The notes under the pieces were generated by a model. It was not told where the DNA came from. It saw only the letters and a program-made list of their open reading frames with translations, and did not search any database. A DNA stretch of 64,000 nt from Callorhinchus milii (lineage: Eukaryota), in NCBI RefSeq assembly GCF_018977255.1, contig NW_024704750.1, forward strand, positions 11,594,001 to 11,658,000. The letters are read 5' to 3'. Shown here piece after piece: positions 10,689-24,385 of the stretch. The translations under genes and the position numbers were made by a program. Positions within the stretch are counted from its first letter, which is position 1. The number at the start of each line of letters is the position of its first letter.

Positions 10689-13600
10689 AAAAATAGGTTA
10701 CATTCAGAAGTGTTGATATCTTGTCCTTTTCTTTACCACCACTAAATCAATAGCTGTCTGCAGTCCTATTTTAAACCGTAGCTTCCATGATGTCATTCCC
10801 GTAGCCCGTCTAAAGCAAACAGAGTCTGCTGGAAGCGACACTGATTCTCGAATGAAACTTCCAACATTTTTTTAGGCCTAAATTCTAAATCAATCATTCA
10901 AAGTTTCTGCCAGGTTTCAATTTAACTGCCATCTTCATTTTTCCCGTTTACCACTTACAATATATATATATATCTATATTTGCAATTGATTTTACACATT
11001 TACTAAACATATTAACAACAACAATAATAATAATAATATATTTTTGGTATTGTTGTACGTAAAATCCGTGCATTTTAGCTAAGCTCAATCAAAAGAGAGT
11101 TGACAACAGAATGCTGCTTGTGGATTCTAAATAGATTCATTTTAGAATTTATTTCGCCACTGTGCTGTTAATTAAGCAATTGAATCAGTTTCCATCATTT
11201 TTTGAAGCACATGGGCGCATACGTTTTTCTAAAAAAATTTTGTGGTTTTGCGTTGTTTGCCTTAATTTTGAAGCTACTTTTACTGGGAGAACAAGACTTT
11301 CCCAGTAGAATCACGCTGCACATACATATTAGTAAAACCCCATAGTGCTCAGAAGATAATATTCCAGAATGTACCATATTTCCCAAATGTAAGGTTTTAA
11401 TTAAAACATCGAAGATGTTAGGAAATTAATTTGATAGTTTCTGAACTGATAGTTTTATGGGCACTGTTACTGCAGTTGTTATTGTAAAATGTCAAATTCT
11501 AAAACCACAATGCAACACGATGTCAATTGAAATAAATATTCATTGTAAATGAACACAGCTGTATCGGCTGTGATCCAGGCTTCTTCAACACTCATTTGCT
11601 TGAAGCGAAGCCCAACTAAGATATTATGGGTCAGAGTTTGTATAAGAAGTTATGCATATAGAGTATTTCATTTTATTTAACAAAAATAATTCACAGCACT
11701 ATTTTGCAGGCAATACATCTATTTGCATTGCTACTTTGCCTCGCCCCTAAAATATTGAATATGTTCTGGCGGGACAGATTTCCACATAGAAGATATCAGA
11801 TATTGTGAGAAAACGTTTGCTAACAATCTTCCCGCTAATCTGATCCGCCTGTTGGCCTGTACGGGGTGATTTGCTCATTTGTTCGTCTTGCATTGTATTA
11901 AATTTGTCCACGAGTAATGTAATAAGGCCAGTACCTTTCACAATAGGCCTGAAGGAAAATGAATCTCTCCTCTAGATGGTATCGCTCCAATGTTAAACGG
12001 GGTGATACGAACGAAGGATGTGCATACTGTGGATTAACAAGAGCATTTATACGGAAAGAGAAATGAGAGTTTGAGTGAGGCAGTTGCTATAATCTTTTAA
12101 TAATAATTTTCCAAAGAAAAACGTGAAGCCTCATTTGCATAGTGCCAAGACGCGGTGACGTGAGCTGTTCTCTGCCGAACTCTCACTCTGAATACATATA
12201 ACAGAGAAAATACTGTATATCTCCCTCCTCTCTCCTCAAAATCAGCCCTACAGACCTGAAAAATTAAAATGTCCAATCTGCTTATAATCCGGTATATAAA
12301 GTATACTATAGATGTGTAATACAATATTAAATCCTGATCATTTGGCTCCATCACCGGTTAGTTACTTGGTTACTTAGTTCTGTCTTATTCTGGCATTTCT
12401 GCAATTGTGTTATTGACGAAGGTAGTTTTTTTTTTAAAAAATTGCAACGCCGTTTCCAAACTAACTTCATCATAATTTAGTTGAAAGTTTGAGAGTTTTT
12501 TCATAAAGTGCTGAGATGCAGTTTTATGGAGAGATCTACTGGACGCGGCGAAGCTTGGGAGTCAGAGGCGTGGAGCAGGGCACGGTTCATGGCCTTTGGG
12601 TAAGTCCATTTATTATTCAACCTTACTAAGAGTTCTAGTTTTCTTTCTCGAAGGCCCTCTGAAAATATATACGATTGCAAAGATTTTAAAGCCCATATGA
12701 TTGCCCTCACCCAAATGCAGCATAACACTGTGCGGAACAGTTAAAGCTATATTGACCTTTTCTGTGTTATTTGAGTTCTGGACCTAAATAAGAGTTGAAA
12801 TGTTTCCTACTTCAGAAGTCGAACTGATGAAACTGTCCGTTGTTGGTTTAAGTAGACTTTACGACAGAGGTATTGAATTATGCGGTATTCGTGTCTTCGG
12901 AACGAGACAGTCTTGTAAAATGGAAAGAAAATAATTGCAACAAAGTTGATTTTAATTAAAGGGATTATATTAGCTCCATATTTTACACAGGCTCTGGGCG
13001 TCTGTGACCCAATTTATAGTAAAAACGTTGCGCTGATTATTTCCACGAAAAACAACACAACCACGATTTCAAAAAAATATCAGTGGGGTGTGTTTTGGGG
13101 GAATACGGTTCAACAGCCGACAAGGTAGGCGAAATAATTGGAGCCCTCGTCTGTAATATCACAATAAGATTTCTATCATTGTCAGCATGTTTTCGTCTTA
13201 TCAACCGGGGTGGGAGGAGAAACTGGATCTTAACAGTATTTCTATTTACTCGGTTAAATTGCTCGGCTGTGATTGAAGGACTATCCAATGCGAAAACAAA
13301 ACAAATCTCCAATTACCCTGACACGAAAGAACATCAAATTCATCGGAACGACCTCTGGAAATTATTATATAAAAGTGAGAGAACCAGCTTTTCTGCTCTG
13401 CAGCGCCGAGCATGTTATAACTTTTAATCGAAATAGTCCCAAGAATCAGAATAACATGTCGAGGTAATACATTCACATTATAACTATTGTTTCCCGAATA
13501 TTAGATGATCCGGCTTTCGATTTTTATGAAATAATAGTGTTCAATAACTTCTGTTTAACAAAAAAATGCTCTTTCTAAATATTGGGAAAACGAACACATT

Positions 13601-16600
13601 TTGTGCATTGTTGGTGCGGTTCATTACAAAGCGGGTATCGGGTACAAAGCGGGATTTTTACATAAAGTCAAGTGTCCGCTGCTGTCTGCTGTAACAGGAA
13701 TGTTGCATAGGACTGAGTTCCGGGAAGAAAGCTTTCACTGAGAGAAAAAAAACGAAAGGTGAAACAACTGTAACAAACTTTTTGCAGCTTTTCTTCCTCC
13801 ATGGGTCTCTTTTTGTGCACGAATTCTTTGGCCTCTTTAATTTTGCAGAATGGGAAACACCTCAATCCTTTGTGTGGCAGCAGAGTGCTTTATGCAACGC
13901 CCGTGATAAGATTTCAAAATACAGAAAGGGAATGAACGTAGCATCTCAGGTGTATTTTAAACTATTTTGCTTTGTTACGGGATAATGAATTCGAAAACAC
14001 GATTTCTACACTTTCGAGTTGGCAGTACTTTTTTTGGCACACAGTGTCGTTTTTCCTGATATTTATTTCTATTCTCTAAGTTCTTTAGGCCATGTCTTAG
14101 TGTCGTCCCTTCTAATAAATGCCAAAAGAACAGTTACACTGAATGTATGTCCGATCAGTTCTAATAATGATCATGATATCCAGAATAACGTACGATAAAT
14201 ACTGCTTGCTTGCATAGGAGTTAGGCGACTTTTTAAAAAAAAAATGTTATGTTTATTTATTTACCGGAAAGACCCGGGGGTTTCAATAACCCCCAAAGAG
14301 CGAAATTTCCGATGGAGCGTTTGGGTCAACTGTGATGTTTGCTGGGTTAGGAAAAGGTGAAGGTGAAGATCATTAGAGGTTTTAGGGGTGTGTGAATGGT
14401 GCTAAGGTTTGTCTTATTGTACTCTGAGGGCGGAGTACTTGCACATTGTAAAGTTCCTGGCCAAACCTCACTAGAAGTGCCTTGAAACAGATGGCAGCGA
14501 CATAGAAACCGGACCAGAGTTTTAGCATCAATCCGCATTAGGTATGTAATCTATAACAATAATGTGGTATTAGAATACCTGAAGTAAAACAAGACTACAC
14601 TAACAAAAATCAAGTTACGCGACCTTACAGTTTACCTGTAATTATTGAGAGCAAACAACCTTTTTTTCCAATAACTTAAAGTTGTAGCTCAGTACTTCTA
14701 TTTTTTATTAAACCTTGTCTTTCCGGAAACAACGTTAATTTACTTTATGTGAGCTAAAAACCTTTAAAGTATAAAGATACTCCTCCGTCGTAAGTCATTT
14801 TTATGCAACCCCTTCAAAAAATGATATATAAGTCCAAAGTAAAGAAGTATATTTACCAACAAGTAGATCCAACAACGCCTAGAGCATCTTGCCTTTGGGT
14901 TGCTGACGCCATGCCTTAAATAGGTTTTAATCTTTTTTTTTACAATAACCTGTGAATTGCTCTTTAGCTTTAATACAAGCATATATACTTATGTTTGCGT
15001 AAAATACAAAGCATATTGTAAAAAACAGCAAAAATATTTATCCGATGTCTTAAATGGAAATAATAACCTGAGGAAATGGATACACATACAGATCAATTGT
15101 GCAGAATTTCGCAATTGATAAAGCGGATATATTAGGGATTCGTATTATACCACAATATACCACAATACGATACGAAATACCAACATTAGTTGCGTTTTGA
15201 TGAACAGTACTGACATGGTGAGTTTTGGTTCCTTGCTGAGTTCTGTATTTTAAAGACAATTGTACTAACATTTTTTTTATCATTACCTCTTATTTAACTG
15301 AGGCACAATAAAGGTTTCTTTGTTTGAAAGATTAGTTCCTATATGCCATTTATACAAAGCACAAATTCTCATGTTTAAGCACATAACTGAAGATTATAAT
15401 TAAAAAAAGGGGATTCAATTGGAACGCCACTATTAGTGAATGCATGTGAATGTGCATCATTAATAGGCATCATTAATAATGTAAAATGTTTCACTTAAGA
15501 TTAATTTGAACACAATATTAATGTAAGAAAGATGTTGGTGAAAGGTGTCTTTACAAAAAAATGTAGCTCAGGATTGCATGGACTGTCTGTTGGGTTCTTT
15601 GTAGGAACTCATTGCTTTAAAGCGCCGTGTTGACTTGTATATTGTATATGAATGTAGCCATGATGTATAATCACAGAATGCTGTTAGAAATAATGCAGGA
15701 CTGGTAGAAAAAAGAAGTTTTGCTTTACTGCAACACATTTTTAAAAAATTAACATATTTGGTCCGTTTCCTGTTTTTAAAACAACCATTGTTTCATTAAA
15801 TTATCTACATGGTGTTTCATAAATTTATAGATTGGGAACAAAAATAGTTGTCCCAAATTATTCAGACATTCAAAGTATTCACACACAAATGCAATAATCC
15901 ACAAATCGTAATTACACGTGTGTGTAAAACAAAAAAAGGTTTCTCTTTGTGTACAACCCTTTCATTTTGGGGGAAATAAATTACATTTCACATATTGGAC
16001 AACTGAAACCAATGACTGGTTTATTTAATTGCTGTTTATGAAACGAGCATTGCGTGAGTAGCCGACCTCATCCTGTACGCCAACATCATTGACGGTGACA
16101 GGTCACTTTGTTAGCCGGTACCTTGCTGTTGCGAACCCAGAGATATATAGTATTTTATTGGAAATTAACACAATGCGCCTATCAAACAATTCTAGATGAT
16201 TTCCTGATGATTTGTTTTAAGCGCCAAGACGTTTTCACGAAAATTAGTCGTATCGCTACCGGAACAGTCCGTGCAGAACACTTTACGTTTACAATCATTG
16301 CAGCTCCTTATGCAGTGCGCCTTATCATAATTATAATCCAAAATAAGCGTTGTAATGTGATATACATCTTCTATATATCAAAAGAACAGATTATATCACG
16401 CGAAGACAAGTATTAACTTTTGTTTTCGCCTTTGATAACCAATCGGCTTTTTCAAAATATCAAGGACAGAATGAATCAGTGATAGGATGGGGGCGCTGTT
16501 GTTAAAGCAATGGGACTAACAGCATTTTTTTTCTCTCTCTGTCTAATCTCTCCTTCTCTCTCGCTTTCCTTCACAGCTTGTGTCTGTGTTTCGAAAACAC

Positions 16601-19600
16601 AATACATGTCTTCGGTTGTCTTTTGTGCACCTAAAATCTATTTTAGTGGCTAAGGAACGGGTGACCCTGTTCAGAAACATGTCCTGCAGCATCTCAGTGT
16701 TCCCTGTTCGGCAGTGGTGTTTAATTGGCACAAAGTATATCACGTTGCAACTTATAGCTCCAGGAAATTATATTTTGATAAGGCATTGTGTTGACAAATA
16801 GAACAACGCATACAGTTTTAGCACCAATTATACTTGTTCAGAAGCGGTGTCAGATTACGAATCATATGCTCAGCTACACTCAATAAACTATAACAAAAAA
16901 CATTTTTGGAACAACGTTGAAACATTTTGAAAGCAAATCAATGATATTGTTCAACGGTGTTTTTGCAAATTATAAAATGCAAACATTTTGAAGCACAAAA
17001 GTTTCACTTACTTTGTGAACCAAGCTCTTTCATTTCACGCATGACGAGTAAAGCTTAATTTTAAGCATAACATATGTCAATCAGCTGTAATCGAAGTTAT
17101 AGGTTTATTCATTGTTTAACAGCAAAGAAGAACAATATATTAAACCGAGAGAGTGCAGATATATTGTTTTTAATACCATTTAAGAGACACATAGCCATGC
17201 AAATTGAAAAAAGAAATATAATTGTTCCAATCGGCTGCATTTTTAATTTTATTTAATATTTTGACATCTTTGAAATATCAAATGTCATTCTTAGAACCGA
17301 TATTTCGTCCTTTCAACCTTGTTGTTATGTAGGCATTCTACGGCTCTCTATTGCTCGTTTTTTTTAAACCGACACAGCTAATAAAACAGACTTAAATAAT
17401 TTTTTAATGGGGAGCTTATATCTTCACCAAAAACATTTGAAAAGGCATAGAAGGCTAGACCTTGATTAGGCAGTGCTATACTCCGTGTGTGTGTATGTGT
17501 ATTTGTGTGTGTGCGCGCATTTGTGCGTTTGTGTGTGTTTGTCTGTTACGGGTGAAATATACTTAAACATATGTCACTTCATACAGTTCACAAATATTCC
17601 ATTTTAGTAACCCCAATGAGTGCTTGTGTGTACACTGAACAAAATGTGTTCGCATATTTTGCAGGTGTACTTAACAGCAGTAAACATTGGCTTTCACCAC
17701 ACGATTTAAATAATTAAAAAGATAATTTAGGATTTATAAGATTTGATCTATCGGTACCGATGTATTTTAAAAATAGAAAATCTCCTGGTCAATATTACTT
17801 TAGATAGAACATCGGGAGATGATGTTAAATGTGAGACGAATCATACGCCCTTTTACATCTGAATGAAAGCAGCAGAAGTATTAACCACTCAACAGTTTGA
17901 CCAGTCCACGACCCTTTTACTCCACCTACTCTCAAACCACAAAATTTGTGCTTTTGTTCGACATAATTCGTCGCCAAGATTTCCCCGTTTGAGGAATATG
18001 GGTTTCATAACAGAAGGTGCTTTGTATGAGTGCAATTCCCGCATTCTAGAGAGATGCGACTTAAGTGTCGATGTGTGTAAATGATATGTGTGTTTCTGTG
18101 TTTGGATTACGAAAATCTGCGTTTAATGTAAACCGGCAAACAAAACAAACGCGAACAGTTATTTCTGTGCATTTTATAAATGAATAAGAACTCCATTTAC
18201 AGTGGGCCAGACATATTCAGAATGCAGATTTGGCGCAAGACAAAAATGATATTATTGAATTAAATAGTAGTGAAGTAAATGGTTATTTGTATTTGTATTT
18301 AACTGACTATTATTGCCTGAACAAGTGGTGTTATCATTTTCCGTTTACAATATTAGCTTTAATAAGTGATCGAGGGACAGTAACTCGATGAAGAATATGT
18401 TTGTTTGTGTTTCTTACACAATTTGTGATTTCAGAATAAGAAAAATTCTGCTCTATCAAAAAACGTTGGCTATCTGACTGAACTATCCAATACAACAAGA
18501 GAGTAAACGTCAGAAACGTACAATGTATTAAATATTTGGTAACGTTCCCAGTATTCACATACAAATGTTAAAACCCATCACAAAATGTGGTGCCTACCAT
18601 TAAAACTATGGAGAGTTCACACCTCAGTATTTAAGACGAAACGCTGATAATTGGTTTAACAATTACACTGCACCTTGTCTTTGTACGTTAACAGTTACTG
18701 TATCCTATATTTTTTTTACAATAATTATCTCCTTCGATTCATTTCAATTCTCGTTGCTAAAATTAATTTTCATACTACATGCAACCTCATTTTGCTATTT
18801 TCTAAAATAAACACTTTCGCTCGATTTACACTTCCCTTTAATATACTCTAATATCTCTTAATTCCGTGTAAATACGTTTCATGTTAATAAAAGCCTACTT
18901 AATAAAAAAAACACATATTAATAAACATACGTTTTAGATAGACATTTATTTTGTGGTTAGAAATTCTGTGAGAATTACTTTCCAGTGTAAAGCGACAGCA
19001 AATGATAACACCCACAATATCAATAGTAGATAAACGATAATTAAAATCCCACGTTTTGAGTAACATGGATAATAATATAGTTTTGAATATTATAGATATT
19101 AAGTAAATATTGATTTCCGAGCCGTAAACAGGCACTACTTCTTTTGATAGTGTGTTTTATATGTTTAGAAGATAGAGAATCTATCACTATATATTCACAC
19201 TGTATAAAACATTCGGAAGTCAATGGAATGAGCCTACCAACATGTATCCGACTGTGCATGTCAAATGAATGCGGATAAATCTACCATACTGTTACAAACA
19301 GTATAATGAAACAACATAGGATCACATTTTCGGTTCATTTCTGTTAACACTATACATTACAAAGGAAACCTCTTACTTGCTTTTTGTTGCTAAAATGATC
19401 GTTGCAAACAAACATATTTATATAAACAGAACACCGAATATAGCTATCGTCACGTAATATTTCCATTACACGGATTGCAAAGGTCTAATGTATTTTCAAT
19501 TTTTTTTACTCTTGCAGCACAGATATATGCCTACTGACAAGTGTTGATCTGCTGTGTTCTATTAACATTCTATTAAATCACACATTGGACTTCTTAGTTT

Positions 19601-22600
19601 AAAAATATCTGAATCTGACTTTAAGGTCTTGTTATCCCTTTAAAATACCGACTGCGATATCAATGATAAACATATGAACATATTACAAAGCAACAACAAC
19701 AATATTACATTTGCATAGTGCAGCCATTTATTGGGGATTAATCACAAACTACACATTTTAGATTTAAATTTAAACTTGTTTTCCTGTTGTTCCACTATAC
19801 CGGTGGCCATCTATTTGTTTGAAGTTTTATTTTCCAACATATTGATCCTTTGGTTTAGATTCATTATATGGGTTTGAAACATGTTTATTATAACTTGAAA
19901 TGAAATGTCACCAATCCGTTTTTTTACATTTCCTGATAATTTTACTGTACAGTAGGACCATTGGAGAGCATTGGTGAATGTGATTGTGTTTAAACAATTC
20001 AAGCATAGAGGTTCAATCGTTATCGTTATCGTTGTACCATGCCCATGTAGGAAATTATAACCAACAACACATGATATGTGTCCTTTATGCAGAGGCGGAT
20101 ATAACAGTGGCAGGACTTTAACTCATATTGGTGTGTGTTTTTCGCGGAGTTGTGTTAAGTTGCAGTGATTGTGCGAAGTGAGGATAAAGTGAGTTATACA
20201 AAGTGTTCCCTTTTTCGACCCAATTACTCTGAGTAATACTCCGAGTTAATAGCAACCAAAACTTGTTTATTATTTCACTGCGCCATCCTGAGTCTTGTTA
20301 CAAATTATAAAATACTTCAAAATGTTTCAAACAATATTTCGTAGTCAACTGCCACGATTGATTGAAAGGATTTGTGGAAAAAAAAGTCAATATTCAAATT
20401 GTATTTTATATCTTAAATTGCTTTTGGGTCAATGTTGAATCATTACATGTGTTGGGAAATGCATTTGGGCATTCATTGGATTGATAAAGAGATCGCTAGA
20501 TTTAACTAACATTGCTCATTCTTTATACTTGTCTACAGTACAACACACTAGAAAGTTGGAATTGGAGATTGACTTCATTTTTTTCAGATAAAACAGCATA
20601 AATATTAACTAGATTTACAAGGGAACACGGTATGTGTCACTGAGAAGTACTTGGGCGATAACCTATTATATCAATAAAGTGAGTGACAGCAACTCAAATT
20701 ACATACATTTCATTTGAAAATTAGTCAATCTCGGCTTTACGGTAACACTGGAAAATGACGGGAAACTGTGCAAAAAAAAATCTACCATGGAACCCATCGC
20801 TTTCAAATCTAATACAATTTATTGCGATGATAAAAAAAAATCCCGATATGCTATGTAAGTTTGTTTAGTATTGTGTTTGCGACGGTCTCCCGTGGGCTGG
20901 CACAACCTGTGGAGTACAAGCTCAATTTGGGCAGCGCTGTTTGAAAGTGCAGATCCTTTCTTCCTTTTGACTCGCCGGCCCAATACGTTGAGCTAATGCT
21001 GAGGGCTTCGTGTGAATGAACTAGAAAACACTCGACAGGTCGTGAATAATCGTTTTAATGAGTGTGTAAAGCATGCGACGGGGTGCAGAGAGCTGTCGGG
21101 TTAAACAAACAACTTGTACCCTGATGTAATCCGATTGTAAAAGTGCAAAGTGGTGTCATTCCAGTTTTCTGTTCCGTTCGTTAAAACCACAGCTCCAACA
21201 CGCGGGAGTCCAATTGTCCCAATTAAAGAAAAATAACAATATTTTCTTAACTTGAGTGTGATCTTGCTTAATGTTACTCTGTGGTTTAGCCAAGCATCAA
21301 GTCAAACAAAAAGGTGATTTGTGATCACACTATGGTCTTTAATCAAGGTCCAACCTAACCCATAATATATTTGCTATCCGTAGGACAACCTGTGTGTGAA
21401 TGTTCAGTGCATTTACTATAAAAAGGAGTTAGCAGATAAATTACAAAGGTAAATTATTTTATAAGTACCATGTAGTGCTTTGATTTGATTAATTATGATT
21501 TTTATAGCAGGAAAATACTCATTGAACCTTTTTGATATTATTTCAACTAAAACACGATTGGTTTCGAAACCAATGGATGGAAAGTTATACGATCTTTAAA
21601 AAGTTCGATGGATATTTCTAAATGGCAGATACTCTTTACATATGTTTTCAAAATGTTAGTCAAGTTAGTCCACTTTATTTGTAGTGCATTAAGAAATGTA
21701 TAGATATTTAAATAGGTTTGCCTTACATTTCCATTTCAAATACACTCTGTTAAATAGTTCATTGCAATTTTGAGGCAACCGCATCGTGTTAAATAACCTC
21801 TGAATTAACTGGCACTTCGACTTCCCCCAAAAAGAAAGAACTACCAGGGAGAAGCACATGATTTAAATAGACATTCCAAATGCCATTGGTTTCTCGTGAG
21901 TTGTCATTTGAAATCTAAGTTATATTCTGAACTGGTGTTGGATATAGATCGGACATTCTTTTACAAAATCGTCTGATGTTCAGAAATTATGGAACACGTT
22001 AATTTGAAGGTTTTGAAGTATTCAATGTTCAAAGTGGGAGACGGGCGTTTAGCTCCGAAGCCTTTCATTGTTTTTCCATTTTAATAAGCGAGGTTCACGA
22101 TTATTAACAGCCTAACGTTAAATATGAATAGTTGTTTCATACAACAACTTGTTCTTACAAAAGTACTTGAAAACACAGTTAGACAGAGTGAACTTGTAGA
22201 ATATCAGATTTAAGTCCATAAAATGGAAATATAGACGTTAATATTTTTTTCAAAATTAGTTTTCGGAAGTTGAAATAATATGCTTGCTTAAAACAACTTA
22301 CCTTCAGGCTTTCAGATTTTATACTTGTTTAATTACAGTTAATTGTGTTTATTTTGACATACACAATTCAAAGATAACCCTGTATATAACGCCGCCCAGT
22401 AAACACTTCAGGTAGTATTATACTAATTATACAGTTGTATGCAAAGTGCAGTACAATAAAACTTAACACTGTGTAGGTAAGAAATGCAAGTATTCTATGT
22501 CACTCTTTTCTGATCGTATTTCAGTATAAAAGTCTCAGTGAACATGTTCTACTTGCAAGTGCTAACATTCACAAAGTGTTTCAATAGATCACGTAAAGAA

Positions 22601-24204
22601 TTAGATGAAACAGAAGCCCCCTCATATCTGGGTGACTTGATTCCCCCCACAAATCTCCTAATAATCTAAAAAAATATTCCCCCCGTTTGCTTTCTATTCT
22701 GGTTGTTTGTTTTCCGTTCCCTTTGCTGTGCAAGTAAAATGCGCTGACACATGTTTACGTCAATACAGCTGTGCTTTAAGAAACGTTTGTCTTGCTGAAG
22801 TGAAAACAGGTTACAGAAACAAAAACATTTACAACGTCAGAAGCAGGCGGCGACAATTCCTCACTCGTCAACAATAACCCACGAGTTTCAGAGGCGAAGA
22901 GAAAGTGACGGCGTTCCTATCAGATATCTATTTGCCCAATCTATAATTTCAAGTTTAAAAATTAAGTATTCCACTCTCATTTACAGTTCTTTCGCGAAAC
23001 AAGTACTTTAGATGATAATTGGTCGACTTTAGCTTTACAGACAGATGCACTTATGCAATCATTTGATGCTCTGCGCCCTTTAAAGCTGGTGAAAACAAGC
23101 CACTTCCAAGCGATTTCTTTTTGTGGGGAAAAAAATAACACTGCCCTTTTCCCAATGCAGACTTGAGTGTTACGTCTATTGTGCGTGAACTATTGAAGAA
23201 TTGGAGTACAGAATAGATATGACAATCTGTTGGAAATTACAATTACAAAGAAGTGAATGTCGACTTTCTGGTCAGCCCCAGTTGACTGGAAATGAATACG
23301 TGAGGCGGCTGCCAAGCATCGTCATTATGTTTGCAGATTTCAGTTATCACAGTAAACCAACTTGTGAATCCGGAGTCTGAGATACCACCCTCTCTCTCGC
23401 TCTCTCTCTCAGAGTCATTGACCCCAACTCGAATCACAATGAGTCGTTCAATACTTCCAGCACGAGTAAAGTTCTCGTAAGTGACCCTAGGAGGTAGGAA
23501 CTGAGATAAGGTGTAATGTCTACTTAGCGATGTGACTGGGTGTCCGATCAGATGTCATGTAAACGAAAGTTGGACGTCGAGAGACATACTTGAGACCAAA
23601 GAAGAGGTGAATATGATGAATGAAACGCTGGTCACAGTGCACCGAGTCAATATGACATCCCGCCATAAAGTGTTCTTTTGTACAATAAAAAGGAGAGCTC
23701 GGCGCCGTTACAGGTTGTAGATGGTAAACAGTTCGTCTCTGCCGGAGCGGGGATTGCTATTGTTAAACTTGCTGAAGCCATTGTGTGCAAAATAAAGTGG
23801 AGCAGAGCACAGACCATCCCGAGATTGGATTTCTTGGTGTATTTTCTTCCGAAACAGTTCATTGGTTTTCCAAAAGTACTGTATCAAAAACAAAACATGT
23901 TATCTGCAAAATCGCGAGAACAGATGCCCAAGGTTAACTGCCTAATTGACAACACCTTAGACAAAATTGTAAAGTTCAGAATCTCCCGATTATCCGGACT
24001 GCTACAGCCAGAAAGCACACTTCTGATATTATCCTTTAAACATGATTGGTTCTGGTCCTTAAACCGCTGTTTTGGCACAATCCTGTAACCAAACTTATTA
24101 TTGTGATAGTAACTTTTTCCAAGGTTTACACTCCCATTAAAATAAATCAATACATGCTTCATTAGTGGTTGGCGTTCATTCATGGCGTTCAAAATACTAC
24201 TACT

Positions 24205-24385
24205 AATAATAATAATTTGGTCACTCACTCCATGACTGTTTGTGGGACACTGCTGTGCGCAATTGGCTGCCGCGTTTCGCCCACAAAATATACAGTAAAT
24301 TCACTTTACAGTATATTCTGTGAAGCTATTTGAGACGTCTCGAAGACTTGATCGGGCGCTATATCAAACGCAAGGATTATTATTT
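24205..24385 (+). mobile_element. 5'-truncated SINE (3' Deu-like domain plus L2-type tail)
   Basis: TTTGTGGGACACTGCTGTGCGCAATTGGCTGCCGCGTTTC...GTGAAGCTATTTGAGACGTC...GGCGCTATATCAAACGCAAGGATTATTA; recurs at 29.9, 35.2, 44.2, 54.2 and 63.3 kb. Confidence 0.85.

Larger units (their letters stand above)
9800..10710 (+). other. FOXG1: FOXG1 3'UTR
   Basis: AU-rich sequence after the stop, with miRNA seed matches, AATAAA at 10683-10688 and a downstream GU/U-rich tract near 10711-10735. Confidence 0.8.

Noticed and set aside
21557-21574. Perfect 18-bp palindrome ATTGGTTTCGAAACCAAT (two inverted CCAAT boxes)
   Set aside because: About 64000/4^9, roughly 0.25, such palindromes are expected by chance, more in AT-rich DNA, and there is no supporting context.
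23678-24088. 136-aa ORF
   Set aside because: Non-ATG start, no recognisable domain and no convincing splice signals; consistent with a chance ORF.
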